A DNA stretch of 64,000 bases from Eledone cirrhosa (GCA_964016885.1 OZ024741.1:26722001-26786000), one strand, 5' to 3'. Shown: positions 1 to 11,621, counted from the stretch's first letter. Translations and numbers: made by a program. The notes: generated by a model from the letters alone, not told the origin.

Positions 1-2727
1 GTAAACACTAAATCCCTCCCCCATGAAGAATGCACCTCTCAACATACTCATAATTAGCGACCTCATAGTCAGGACGAGATGTACTCGACAACAGAAGAGG
101 ACTATCCCCAGGAGAAAAATATGGAAGTTAAAAGACCCCACAGCCAGTAATAAATTTAAAAGCATATTACTTGATGCTTTCGACAGTAAAGAAGAGCAAT
201 TAGAGTCGGACAATATAGAACAACAGTTGGAATTCCTGAAAGCAAACCTGCTGATGGCGGCAGATGAAGTCTGTGGCTGGAGCAGGCCTATAGGCAGGAG
301 GAGAGTAACGTGGTGGGGGAACAGTAAGGTGGAGGAGTCAATTAAGGCCAAAAAGCAGGCTTGGAAAGTATGGCGGGATGGGGGAAGTGGAGAAGACTAT
401 CAAGTGGCCAGGAGGGAAGCTAGGAGACAAGTGTACTTCGCAAGAAGGGAAGCAGAGGAAAGAAAGTTCAAGCATGTTCTACAACGCAAGGACCAAAAAC
501 GTGAGGTATTCAGGATTGCTAGGCAATGTGTCAAGGAATACCGTGATATTGTCGGGGAGAAGTGTGTCCTTAATGATGATGGTGTACTTGCCATCACTGA
601 CGCTGATAAGAAGGTAGCTTGGAAGTGTCACTACGAAAGGCTACTAAATGAGGAGAATAAATGGGAGAAAGACAGTCTCCCCCACATCGATCCAATAGAG
701 GGACCAGCAGTGTTAGTTGAAGGTAGTATAATAAGTAAGGCAATCAAAGATATGAAGACGGGTAAGGCGGCTGGGCCTTCGGAATTAGTTGCTGAAATGC
801 TGAAAGCTTCTGGAATGGTGGGACACACTATGGTCACCCGGATAGTAAACCAAGTCATACAGAATGGGGTTGTTCCGAAGGACTGGCGTAGCAGCATCAT
901 CGTTAACTGCTACAAGGGTAAAGAGACGCCCTAGATAGGGGTAACTATAGAGGCATTAAATTAATCGACCAGATCATGAAGGTCACAGAAAAAGTAATAG
1001 CGCAACTAATCAAAGAGCGAATTGATCTAGATGAAATGCAGTTCAGGTTTGTGTCAGGTAAAAGTACCACAGACGCTCTTTTCATTGTACGACAACTACA
1101 GGAGGAGTCTAGCTAAAAGTAAACCCCTATACTTAGCTTTTGTCGACCTGGAGAAAGCCTTTGACAGAGTCCCCCGTGCCATTATCTGGTGGGCTCTTAG
1201 AAAACTAGGTGTTGATGAATGGCTTGTGAGAGCTATACAAGCCATGTATAAAGAAACACTCAGCAAGTTTAGAATTAACAACGAATATAGTGAAGAGTTT
1301 AGCGTAAAAGTTGGTGTTCATCAGGGCTCCGTTCTTAGCCCCCTACTATTTATTATTGCCCTTCAGGCTATAACAGAGGAGTTCAAGACCGGCTGCCCAT
1401 GGGAACTCCCATACGCAGATGATCTAACACTCATAGCTGAATCAATGGCTGAACTAGAGAAGAAATTCCAAACATGGAAGCATGGCCTAGAATCAAAAGG
1501 CCTTAAAATTAACCTGTCTAAGACTAAAGTTCTAGTTTGTAGGAAGGAAAATAGGGCACCGGTCCCATCCGGTGTGTAGGAAAGGAGTAGGCAGAAACTC
1601 CATTTTATGTCCCAAATGCAATGTATGGGTGCATAAAAGATGTAGTGGGATCACAGGTAAGCTAACTAAGAACATAGATTTTACATGTGGCCGGTGCTCT
1701 TGTGCAATAAGTAGCAGCAAATGCCCACAGAATACTAGCTCATTCCATTGCACAGATGGTTCTATAGAAATAGTGGACACCTTCCGTTACTTGGGTGACA
1801 AAATCAGCAGTGGTGGAGGGTGCTCTGAAAGTACAGTAGCTAGAGTCAGAACTGGATGGAAAAAGTTCAGAGAGCTTATACCACTATTAGCCGCTAAAGG
1901 GTTCTCTCTAAAAATGAAAGGCAGGCTATATGATGCTTGCATATGAACAGCAATGTTACATGGCAGTGAGACCTGGCATTGTGTGCAGAGGATATACACA
2001 GACTGGAGAGAAACGAAGCTTGCATGCTTCGTTGGATGTGTAATAGTAATATACGTGAACGGCAAAGCATAAACGACATAAGGGAAAAATTTGGAATAAG
2101 AGGGATCAGATGTTGTTTACTTGAGAGAAGACTACGTTGGTATGGTCACGTGATGCGCATGAAAGACGACAGCTGTATAACAAAGTGCAGGGCAATAAAA
2201 ATAGACGGTAGCCGCGGAGTAGGTAGACCCAGAAAAACCTGGGATGACCTGATAAATTCCGACCTCACACACTTACACCTCTCCAAGACAATGTCACTGG
2301 ACCGAGATCTTTGGCGCTACACAGTAATACAGAAGACCCGCCTTGCTTAAGTACAAAGCGAAACCTACAGTCAGTAGGCACTTCTAACAAAAATACATCC
2401 CGGCCCAACTACCCCCACCCCATCCACACCACCCCTTCCAAAGTTATGTTGGTACCACAGCATCCAGTCCGAAACAAATGAGGGCGTGTAGGTGTCACGA
2501 CAAAAAAAACACACAGTCCACGCTGTAATGTGGCCGTGTAGGTAACACGGTAAAAACCTTCCAGTCCACACTGTAAACGTGGTTGGTGTTAGGAAGGGCA
2601 TCCAGCTGTAGAAAACCCGCCAGACAGTCCTATACGAGCAAGACAACCAATCTTGCCTCAAGTGGGAAAATTCCCGTCCAATCCCATGCTAGCGTGGAAG
2701 ATGGACTTTAAACGATGATGTTGATGA

Positions 2728-2729
<2 letters not shown>
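1..2729 (+). mobile_element. RTE-clade LINE, longest copy (ORF2 broken by stops/frameshifts; RT domain, Cys-rich finger, 3' UTR, (GAT)n tail); 5' part lies outside the window
   Basis: ORFs 23-934, 1031-1579, 1572-1946 and 1979-2350 give RT motifs KAAGPS, FVDLEKAFDRVPR, GVHQGSVLSPLLF, YADDL, FRYLG and the RTE C-terminus [18 protein letters not shown]; ends in ttaaacgatgatgttgatgatga followed by (TA)n. Confidence 0.92.
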
Positions 2730-2766
<37 letters not shown>

Positions 2767-2998
2767 GAGAGAGAGAGAGGATTTTCTTGGTTTGAGAATT
2801 TCTTTAATAGAAGCAACTTGGGGGAGGGGATGACTCTTTTCTCTAAGAAAAATAAAAGAATGAAAGGAAAAAAAGGAAGGTGATTTAATAAAAGTTAAAA
2901 TGTCATTTCTAGTTCCCATAAAAGCTGATCATTTCATATAACTTCTATATTACCTAAAGTTATTGATTAAATCTCTCTCCATTCTGTTTCAGTTACAC

Positions 2999-3258
2999 TG
3001 TGTCTGTGTGTGTATGTATCTCAGTGTGTATGTGTGTATGTGCATGTATCTGTGAGTATCTGTGTATGTATAGGTGTGTGTGTATCTCTGTGTGTGTATG
3101 TATTTGTATGTATGTGTGTGTATCCCTGTGTCGGTGTGTGTCTGTGTTTGTATATGTGTGCGTGTGTTTCTGTATGTGTGTATACGAGTGTGTGTATCTG
3201 TGTCTATCGGTGTGTGTGTGTATCTGTGTGTGTATATCTGTGTACATGTGTGCGTGTT
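2999..3258. repeat. Degenerate (TG)n microsatellite
   Basis: Direct reading; explains the V/C-rich ORFs. Confidence 0.9.
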
Positions 3259-3524
3259 GCTGACAAGTCTTGAGGGAGGGCCTTACCCTCACAATGAGCC
3301 CTATTAAACTTCCTCCATGAAAATCTAATTCTCTTTGAACCTTAAATATCATTAATTAGGAAATTTCATTAATTTGTTTTTTTTTTGTTAATTTTTTCTC
3401 CCCAAACCATTTAAAATCTATGTTGCTACGAAAGAACTGTGAATAGAATGAGGTTTCTTGAGAAGGAACGATTTAATTTCTCATTTGCAAATGTTATTTT
3501 ATTTTACACTGTATTATTTTAAAT

Positions 3525-3730
3525 TATCGGTAAAATGTCAGACAACGTGCTTTGTGGCATATAGTTACGGTCCTTTACATTTCTGAGTTCAAATTGGACC
3601 GGGGCTCGATAAAATAACATACCAGTAATGCACTGGTGTAGATTTAATCAACTTTTCCCCTCCCTTCAAATTGCTGGCCTTGTGCCTAAATCAGAAACCA
3701 TTACTATTATTATTATTATTATTATTATTG
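3525..3730 (+). mobile_element. tRNA-derived SINE family A, degenerate copy with (ATT)n tail
   Basis: ttctgagttcaaat B-box, tcgataaaata..taccagtaatgcactgg core and ggccttgtgcctaaatcagaaacc tail shared with many other copies in the window. Confidence 0.75.
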
Positions 3731-3789
3731 TATGTTCCTTTGATTTCATTTTATATGCAATGACTACCGAATATCAACCAGATACTTAG

Positions 3790-5592
3790 GTCAGGCACCG
3801 TTGGTGGTCTGGTGGGAGAGGCGCAGACAGATCCATCCACGACAACCTCCACCTCATGCGATACATCGTGGAGAGGGTAACTAGGGAACCTGTCACTGGT
3901 GGGTCCTTGATCTATTTAGATCAGTCGAAAGCTTTTGATAGGGTCGACCATCGTTATCTGGCGGCAGTCCTGAGGGCGGCTGGCTTTGGGCCCGTCTTCA
4001 GAGGCTGGATCGGTGCCATGCACAGCGACATCTGCTCTGTGGTGAGAGTGAATGGTCACCTTTCGGAACCGTTCAACATCATGCGCTCGGTCCGCCAAGG
4101 ATGTCCCTCTTGTACGTATTGACTCTTGAGCCACTACTGCACAAACTGGATATGTTGAGGGGGGGTCCCGTGCGAACTAGGGTGCGGAAGATCCGTGTCA
4201 GCATATGCGGACGATGTCACCGTAGTGGTGTCGAACGCTAAACACATCAAGGCGATCGGCACTATACTAAGAGAATACGAAGCGGTGACAGGAGCAATGA
4301 TCAACCAGGAAAAGTCGGGCCTGCAGCTCAGCACCTGGATAGGCAGGTCCATGCCGTCCAACAGCGTTGCCGGGCGCTGGATGGACCGGTTAAATTGCTA
4401 GGGGTCTGGTTCGGTCCGGATCTCCAGACGGACAAAAACTGGGACGAGGTGACGAGCAGGTTGGCTTCTCTCACCCAGAAATGGGCAGAGAGGAAGCTAT
4501 CCCTGAAAGGTCGAACGGAGGTGGCGAATGCGTACATCGGGTCCGTCATCTACTACCGCCTGACCGTCGTGCCTTGTCCTAAGCTTCGCCTGACTGCGCT
4601 GGAGCGTTTGCTCTTTCGCTTTTTGTTGAAGGGACGCGTTCCAATGGTCAGGCGGTCCATCTGCTGTCAACACCCGCTACGTGGAGGGCTGGGCATGCCG
4701 TGGCTGATGATGCGTAGACACGCGCTCAAGCTACGACATCTCCACCTCTTTCTCGACGGTGATCAGGTGTGGTCGCCGTTTGCTAGACGCGTCTTTCCCC
4801 AGCTCGTTTCCTTGACGGAGTTGCAGTCCTGGGTCAAGCGAAGACCAAGAGGGAGCGCTTGGAGACTGGAATGTCTTCAGGCGCTCACAGCCCTCGACCA
4901 ATCGGGCAATGTGATCGGTGGAAACTCCACCTTGGCGTTCTATAGTGGATTAGTGGAGGGGAAGAGCGACGACGTACTTGGGGAAAACTCTAGGCGTCGA
5001 CGAAAATCAACTAGTTAATCTCTTTGGAAGAACTTCCAGAAATCCCTGGCCTGGCATTGCTACCGAGGAGCTTTGCCAGTTCGGGATAAACTCTACAGGC
5101 ATGGAGGTGCCGTCAGCCGGGCATGTCCGAGATGCGCGCAGGGCAACAAAACCGTTCTGCACGCACTCGTTCAGTGTCCGAGCCGAGCATTGCTGACTTG
5201 TGGGTTTATGTCGAACACCTGCTGTCGCATGTAGGACGGATCCGGCTATCAGCTGAGTCCATCGTAAGGATTGCCCTGCCCTCTTCCTTTAGCCGGGAAG
5301 GGCAGGCAATTTTTATCTGTCTGGTGGCCATGGCGAAAGAGATAGTATGGTGGACTCGTTTGAAAGGGCTGAAGACGAGCACTTACCTCTTCGCTGATGC
5401 TTTAATGGGATTTCTTAACGATGGCCCTCGGAAGTCTCCCCCCTATTGGGGAATTTTTCATTGTTTCTTTTTTTGTTACATCCTCTGTTTTTGTTTTTTT
5501 ACATGCAGAAATGCCCATTTGTACCGTCCTGTATTGCCTGTACTGTCCTTAATGTCTTACTTTGTGTAAACCCTTGTGGTTAATAAAGAAAG
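3790..5592 (+). mobile_element. Tx1/L1-clade LINE, 5'-truncated ORF2 remnant
   Basis: YLDQSKAFDRVDH, SVRQGCP, AYADDV, LGVWFG, W..RKLSLKGR, GGLGMP, C-terminal CPRC..H...C knuckle (about 5125-5180); GC/CpG-rich; ends near taataaagaaag. Confidence 0.85.
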
Positions 5593-5644
5593 CATTGTTG
5601 GTTTTGACAGTTTCATTAGCTTTTTTATTATCATTATTATTTAA

Positions 5645-5830
5645 GGGTTGGCAGTATCGGTAGAGGGTCGGACGCCATGCTTTGCAACAAAGAGTTATGG
5701 TCCTTTATGGTCTGAGTTCAAATCCCGCCGAGGTTAATGTTGCCTTTCATCCTTACGGGGTCGATAAAATAAAGTACCAGTAAACACTGGGATAATTGCT
5801 GGCCTTGTGCCAAAAGTAGAAATAATTGTT
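5645..5830 (+). mobile_element. tRNA-derived SINE family A
   Basis: A-box-like tggcagtatcgg, B-box gagttcaaatccc, gcctttcatccttacggggtcgataaaataaagtaccag core. Confidence 0.85.
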
Positions 5831-5849
5831 ATTTCCTTTATTATTTTTA

Positions 5850-6165
5850 TTGCGTATCATATCCTTTATTATTTTTATTGCTTTACCGAGCACAGCTCTG
5901 TGCACCTTGGGAATGTGCAGTGTAGTTTTTGCTGATGTTGTTTCTATTGTATTGATAGTACTTTCCATAATATGTGTGCAGTACCTAGTAGTGCTATCTT
6001 TTGTATGCTGTATATATTTCTAAGTCCTGGGGTTTCGGCTATGTATTTGTCTGTGTTTTTATCATTCCTAGAGCACCTATTATTATAGGTATTGTTTCTG
6101 TTTTTATTTTCCACGTTCAATTTATTCCTATCTCTAGATCTTTATATTTGGAGAGTTTCTCTAGT
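5850..6165 (-). mobile_element. R4/Dong-like REL-endonuclease retrotransposon 3' end (degenerate)
   Basis: Manual minus-strand translation: LEKLSKYKDLEIGIN*TWKIKTETIPIIIGALGMIK / frameshift / IQKIALLGTAHILWKVLSIQ*, the typical R4/Dong C-terminus; followed by a TAA-rich tail. Confidence 0.75.
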
Positions 6166-6374
6166 GGGGATAGATACATCTATTAACAAGCCCTTTTGTT
6201 CTTAAAAAGCTCTTTTGTTCTGTGTATAAACATCAATAGATATAATATTTCTGCTCTCTTCCTGATTGAGCACCTTTTTCCTTTTCACACCTACAGAGAT
6301 TGCTACGTACACACACACGCATATATACATATATATATATATATATATACATGTATATAGTAGGTAGACACAAA

Positions 6375-6485
6375 AAAACCTGGGGCGATCTGATAAATTC
6401 CGACCTTACACACTTGCACCTCTCTAAGACAATGTCTGGCGCTACGCAGTAATACAGAAGACCCGCCTTGCCTATGTACAAAGCA
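6375..6485 (+). mobile_element. Short RTE fragment (ORF2 C-terminus)
   Basis: aaaacctggggcgatctgataaattccgaccttacacac matches about 2235-2350. Confidence 0.8.
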
Positions 6486-6499
6486 TTCAAAGCATTCAT

Positions 6500-7178
6500 T
6501 TCTTTCTAATCTTCACAGGTCCTCTGCACACAGCATCCAGGTCTCACTACCATGTAACATTGCTGTTCATATACAGGCATCATACAATCTGCCCTTCTTT
6601 TTAGGGAAAACCTTTTGTAGCTAGTAGCAGTAGTAGCTCTCTGAACTTTCTCCATCCCGTTCTTACTCTGGCTACTGTACTTTCGGAGCACCCGCCTCCA
6701 CTGTTAATTTCATCACCCAGGTAACGGAAAGTATCTACTATTTCTATAGGACCATCTTGGCATTTGAAGGAGCAAGTGTCCTGTGGGCACTTGCTACTTA
6801 CTGTAGCTGAGCATCAGCTACATATAAAGCCTACATTCTTTTATAGCCTGCCTGTAATATCACTACATTTTTTATGTACCCATAGCTTGCATATGGGACA
6901 TAGGATGGAATTTCTACCTACTCCTTTGCTGCACACTGAGCAAGGCTATTTTCCAGAGGGGATCTGGACCCTGTTCTCCTTTCTACATACTAGGACTTTA
7001 GTCATTGACGAGTTAACTTTAAGACCTTTTGATTCTAGGCCATACTTTCAGGTTTGGATTTCTTCTGTAATTATGCCATAGATTCTATGGCATAGATAAC
7101 TATGAGGTTTCCATGGACAGACGGTCTTAAACTCTTCTGTTATGGCCTGTAGGGCAATCATAAACAGGAGAGGGCTAA
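6500..7178 (-). mobile_element. RTE fragment, more diverged subfamily, inverted
   Basis: Minus strand reads SPLLFMIALQAITEEFKTVCPW, then the Cys-rich finger, through RLERNE. Confidence 0.82.
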
Positions 7179-7212
7179 TATAATATAATATATATATATA
7201 ATGATGATGATA

Positions 7213-7799
7213 CACAGCTGTATAAAAAAGTGCAGGGCAATCAAAATTGATGGAAGTTATGGAGTAGGTAGACCCAGAAAAACCTGGAACGATTTGATAA
7301 ATTCCGACCTTACACACTTGCACCTCTCTAAGACAATGTCACTGGACCGAGATCTTTGGCGCCACACAGTAATACAGAAGACCCACCTTGCCTATGTACA
7401 AAGCGAAACCTACAGTCAGTATTAACCAAATATACACCCCAATCCACTACACCTTCTCTATCCTCCCACTCCCACCAACACCACCCTCTCTCTGTAAAGT
7501 TGGTACCACAACATCCAGCCCAAATTAATGAGATATCGAGATCGTGTAGGTGTCACGACAAAAAAACACCCAGTCCACGCTGTAATGTGGTTGTGTAGGT
7601 AACACAGTAAAAAGTTCCCAGTCGACACTGTAAATGTGACTGGTGTTAGGAAGGGCATCCAGCCATAGAAAACCTGCCAGGTAGTCCTATATGAGCGAGC
7701 ACAGTCACCCGACCAATCTTGCCTCAAGTGGGACAATTCCCGTCTAACCCATGCTAGCGTGGAAGATAGACGTTAAATGATGATGATGACGATGATGAT
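7213..7799 (+). mobile_element. RTE 3' end with (GAT)n tail
   Basis: [24 protein letters not shown]..; 3' UTR similar to 2350-2729. Confidence 0.9.
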
Positions 7800-8224
7800 A
7801 TATATATGTGTATATAAACTATGATAAAGTAAGGTCTGCGGGACTGCGTACGGTTTATTTCTTTTAATCCAGTTAGTAAATTAAGTTGGATTACTTTGAA
7901 TAAATAATGAATGAATATTACATAATTTATGTCCTAAATTTCGTAAACATAAATAATTTAAAATTGACTTCTTTTCAAATTTTCATTCACTTCCGGTATA
8001 TCGTCGCCACCACCACCACTTTAACTACCATATATATAGAAAGAGAGAGTGTGTGATGAGAGAAATAGAGAGATTATGATTTTCTACACGCATACAGTCG
8101 TGATGGCATTCGCTTTAATCGGAAATGGGAGGGTAAAACAAGTATAACGTTTTATTTATTTATTAACTCTTTTTTTTTTAAAACTCATTTGATATAATGG
8201 TTACAGAATGAAAACACTAACAAA

Positions 8225-8607
8225 TATAATTGTTTCTACTTTTGGCACAAAGCCAGAAATTATCCCAGTGTATTACTGGTACTTTATTTTATCGACCCCG
8301 TAAGGATGAAAGGCAAAGTTAACCTTGACGGGATTTGAACTCAGATCGTAAAGGGCCGTAACTCTATGCTGCAAAGCATGGCAACCGACCCTCTACCGAT
8401 ACTGCCAATCCACCACCCTTTTAATAATTGTTTCTACTTTTGGCACAAGGCCAGCAATTATCCCAGTGCATTACTGGTACTTTATTTTATCGACCCCGTA
8501 AGGATGAAAGGCAAAGTTAACCTTGACGGGATTTGAACTCAGACCGTAAAGAGACGTAACTATGTTGGAAATCATGGCGTCCGACCCTCTACCGATACTG
8601 CCAATTC
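8225..8607 (-). mobile_element. Two head-to-tail SINE family A copies
   Basis: Two near-identical units of about 190 bp (8227-8420, 8424-8607), each with reverse B-box gggatttgaactcag. Confidence 0.88.
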
Positions 8608-8609
8608 AA

Positions 8610-9235
8610 TATAATATATACAAAGGAAAGGGAAAGGAAAAAAAGAAAGAGAAAAATACACAAGCACGTAATACACACATCTTAGACCACATAGAACAAA
8701 ATGCAGACAAAAGAGTGGAAAAACGAGCCGCTACCAGAACAAAAGATAGCAATATAGCGAGGAGCACTGGGAAACCTCTCTAATAATTTTTGAGGCAGGC
8801 CAGCATACTCGCAACGTTACTTGGGGTGATGGCGACGCTGAGGTGCTGGAACAACCATGTGCCCTCACGAGCATCACCAGTTACCACTGCTTGCCGAGCT
8901 GCCAGTGAAGATAAGAATCTTGCTGTCAGTAGCCCGACTCCCCCAAACGTCACGAACACCACAAGCTGGATAATGTAGTTAGCTGACAGAACACGGTATA
9001 TTAGGATTTTGTTCTGTTCAGCTGCGGATGCTGTACCTCTCGCCCTTACCGCTGCATCCAGAATGTGGGAAGAAGCAAAAGAGTCACTACCTGTGACGTC
9101 CCAGGTAAGGCACCTACCTCTTGACCACGAGCACAGAGTAAGACCGTCAAGTCTTTTCCCATCAATTCTGGACAACCCAGACGGTTCCAAAATTGAGGGG
9201 ATATTTGCCCGGGCCAAAGCTCTTAAGAGCTAATA
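8610..9235 (-). mobile_element. CRE-like REL-endonuclease retrotransposon 3' end with putative 3' UTR
   Basis: ORF 8780-9217: EPSGLSRIDGKRLDGLTLCSWSRGRCLTWDVT..AE.NK..Y..L..TGDARE..LFQHLSVAI..SNVAS, a decayed PD..D..K-type endonuclease pattern of CRE-like elements. Confidence 0.72.
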
Positions 9236-9399
9236 GGACAGTGTGTAAATGTGCGCGCGCATGGTTCTGTCAGCATTCTTAAATTAGAGACACGTGTGTG
9301 TAATCACTGTTTTTAAGTTCGACATATATATGTGTGTATCCCTTTCCTTCCTTTTACACACACATACATTCACACAAACACATACACATTGCGTAATGG

Positions 9400-10075
9400 A
9401 TGGGTGGACAGAAGTCCCTAAAATTTATGTACATGTGAATGGAGTTCCACTGAAGCAGTTAGAGAAATTCAAATATCTTGGAGCCGTGTTCATGAGTGAT
9501 GGAATGCAGGAGGCTGAATTAAGTACAAGTATTGCAAAAGATGATGCTGTAATGCGCCAGCCTTAGCATTCAGCAACCAGAAGAAGGGGGTAGGTGTAAA
9601 AGCCAAACTCGCTGTCTTCCTGGTGTTCCTGCCAACTCTTACGGAGGATCATGAATCTTGAGTAATGACCAAAAGAATACAATTGCAAATAAAAGTGGCA
9701 GAAATGGGATTCCTCCGAAGGGTCTTTTGGAGTAACGTTACTCGATAAAGTGCATAGCTCAGAGACCAGAGAGTCACTCCTGGTAGAGCCGCTACTTCTC
9801 CGAATTGAGAGATCACAACTCCGATATTAGGAGCATGTGGCTAGAATGTCTCAGTAAAGAATCGCTGAACACATTTTACAGGCAAAACCAACTGGCAAGA
9901 GACCCAGAGGTAGACCCTGAGCAAAATAGTTGGATAACATCCATGAGCTTGGCTGGTCACACCTTGGGATCCAGCTGGATCAGTTAGAGATGTTTGCTAC
10001 TGACAGACTCGCTGGAAGGAGTGTTTGAGGACTCTGCCCCCACGATCCTCTCAGATATAAGTGGGTGAAAAAGAA
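9400..10075 (+). mobile_element. Rex3/Expander-like RTE LINE 3' remnant
   Basis: FKYLGAVFMSDG..E; VEPLLLRIERSQLRY; RRPRGRP; multiple stops. Confidence 0.75.
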
Positions 10076-10159
10076 GATATTGTCAATTTACTTTTCAATT
10101 TATATATATCTATATGCATATATATTGGCGTATAATACCAATATGCACACTACACAAGG

Positions 10160-10197
10160 TAGCAGAAAACTGCCCGAAGGGCAGTTTTTCTGCTAGT
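10160..10197 (+). other. GC-core hairpin ending in CTAG-T (Helitron 3'-terminus-like)
   Basis: tagcagaaaactgccc-gaa-gggcagtttttctgcta followed by gt. Confidence 0.45.
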
Positions 10198-10370
10198 ATA
10201 TATGAATCAGCATATGGAGAGAAGTACACATAGAGATATGTGTTCAATCATAGAGGATCAAAAACTATATTCTGATTTATAAAGAGCCTGGAATGTATCC
10301 TTGAGCTCATTACATTATAGGAGATAAACGTGAGTCTTAAACTCCATTTTTTAATTTTATATATATATAT

Positions 10371-10515
10371 GACATTCCTGATGATTTCATACAAATGAAA
10401 CAGTTCTAGTCCTGTAGAAGACATTTCTATGTATAATAAAGATACCTATACTCTACCAATGTATTGAGTACCTTTTTTTTAACTGTAGTTATCCTCCGAT
10501 ACAGCTCAGGGAATC
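10371..10515 (+). mobile_element. Short element with a degenerate hammerhead motif (Penelope pLTR/retrozyme-like)
   Basis: ttc-CTGATGA-tttcatacaaat-GAAA-cag..ctg-TA-gaa; downstream ctctaccaatgtattgagtacc shared with about 30210-30234. Confidence 0.5.
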
Positions 10516-10638
10516 TCTCTCTCTATATATATATATATATACGAAACCTCGGTTTATTTTTAATATATACATTCTGCCATAGCATAGGGTTGTGATTTTG
10601 GTACCTATCTCAGTAAACCATGAATCAACTGAACCACT

Positions 10639-10697
<59 letters not shown>

Positions 10698-11097
10698 GAA
10701 GGCGCGTGGCTTAGTGGTTAGAGCATTGGGCTTGCAATTCTCGGACCGGGTGATGTGTTGTTTCCTTGAGCAAGACACTTTATTTCACATTGCTCCAGTT
10801 TACTCAGCTGTAAAAATGAGATGATAGGACTGGGGTCCCTATCATTCCACTGCAAAGTGGTTGTGGGGGTGCCACAGCATAAAAGCACCCAGTCCACACT
10901 GTAAAGTGGACGTGTAGGCACCATGGAAAAAAAGCACCCAGCACTCACTGTAAATGAGGCTGGTGTTAGGAAGGGCATCCAGCTGTAGAAATCAAGCCAG
11001 AATCAGTTCAGTATGAGCAAGACAAGGTCAGCCAACCGGAAAGTCTAACCCATACTAGCATGGAGGAACAGACATAAAACGGTGATGATGATGATGA
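10698..11097 (+). mobile_element. tRNA-derived SINE family B head followed by an RTE-like 3' tail
   Basis: ggcgcgtggcttagtggttagagc A-box head, ccttgagcaagacactt..ctcagctgtaaaaatgag body, then ggtgttaggaagggcatccagctgtagaaa..(GAT)n as in the RTE 3' UTR. Confidence 0.65.
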
Positions 11098-11186
11098 TAT
11101 ATATATATGTATCATCATCATCTATATATATATATATATATACAATGATATTAAATAAATGGAAACTATATTTATAAAACCATATT

Positions 11187-11251
11187 TATTTTATTATATA
11201 TATTTCAAGGGCAACCAAGACAACATTGGTACATTTTCATCAGATAAAATA
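11187..11251 (-). ncRNA. Type I hammerhead ribozyme motif (stem II partly decayed)
   Basis: Minus strand: tattttat-CTGATGA-[aaatgtaccaa tgttgtc ttggttgccctt]-GAAA-tatata-TA-ataaaata; 8-bp stem I, intact core. Confidence 0.55.
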
Positions 11252-11502
11252 CAAACTTTGTTTTATAAATAGACATACCCATGAAAATCATACCTTATCG
11301 GTTGGAAATTCACTATTGAATATTTACTCCAGTAACTTGTTGAGTGCTCTAAATCAGTTATAAACATTTATATTTGTCGGACTTCCAACAAATTAAATAC
11401 CACTTCTACTCATATATATATATATCACCATTTATAAGATTGAGTGTTTGTAACTATTCACATATCAGAAAGATACATCATTATTAAATGTTAAGTGTTA
11501 AT

Positions 11503-11541
11503 TGAACAAGTACTTTCATGCTTTCGCAATCTTCAGGTTCA
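11503..11541 (-). ncRNA. Minimal type I hammerhead ribozyme motif
   Basis: Minus strand: tgaac-CTGAAGA-t tgc gaaa gca t-GAAA-gtac-TT-gttca; 5-bp stem I, palindromic AGTACT stem III. Confidence 0.65.
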
Positions 11542-11570
11542 TATTCTGTAGTGACAGTCAAGTTTGCAAT

Positions 11571-11616
<46 letters not shown>

Positions 11617-11621
<5 letters not shown>

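Noticed and set aside
5650-5730. tRNA gene (A and B boxes)
   Set aside because: No cloverleaf; the boxes belong to a multi-copy SINE head
6500-7799. Twin-priming 5' inversion of a single RTE insertion
   Set aside because: Geometry fits, but the inverted part is a more diverged subfamily and a TA run separates the parts; more likely independent insertions
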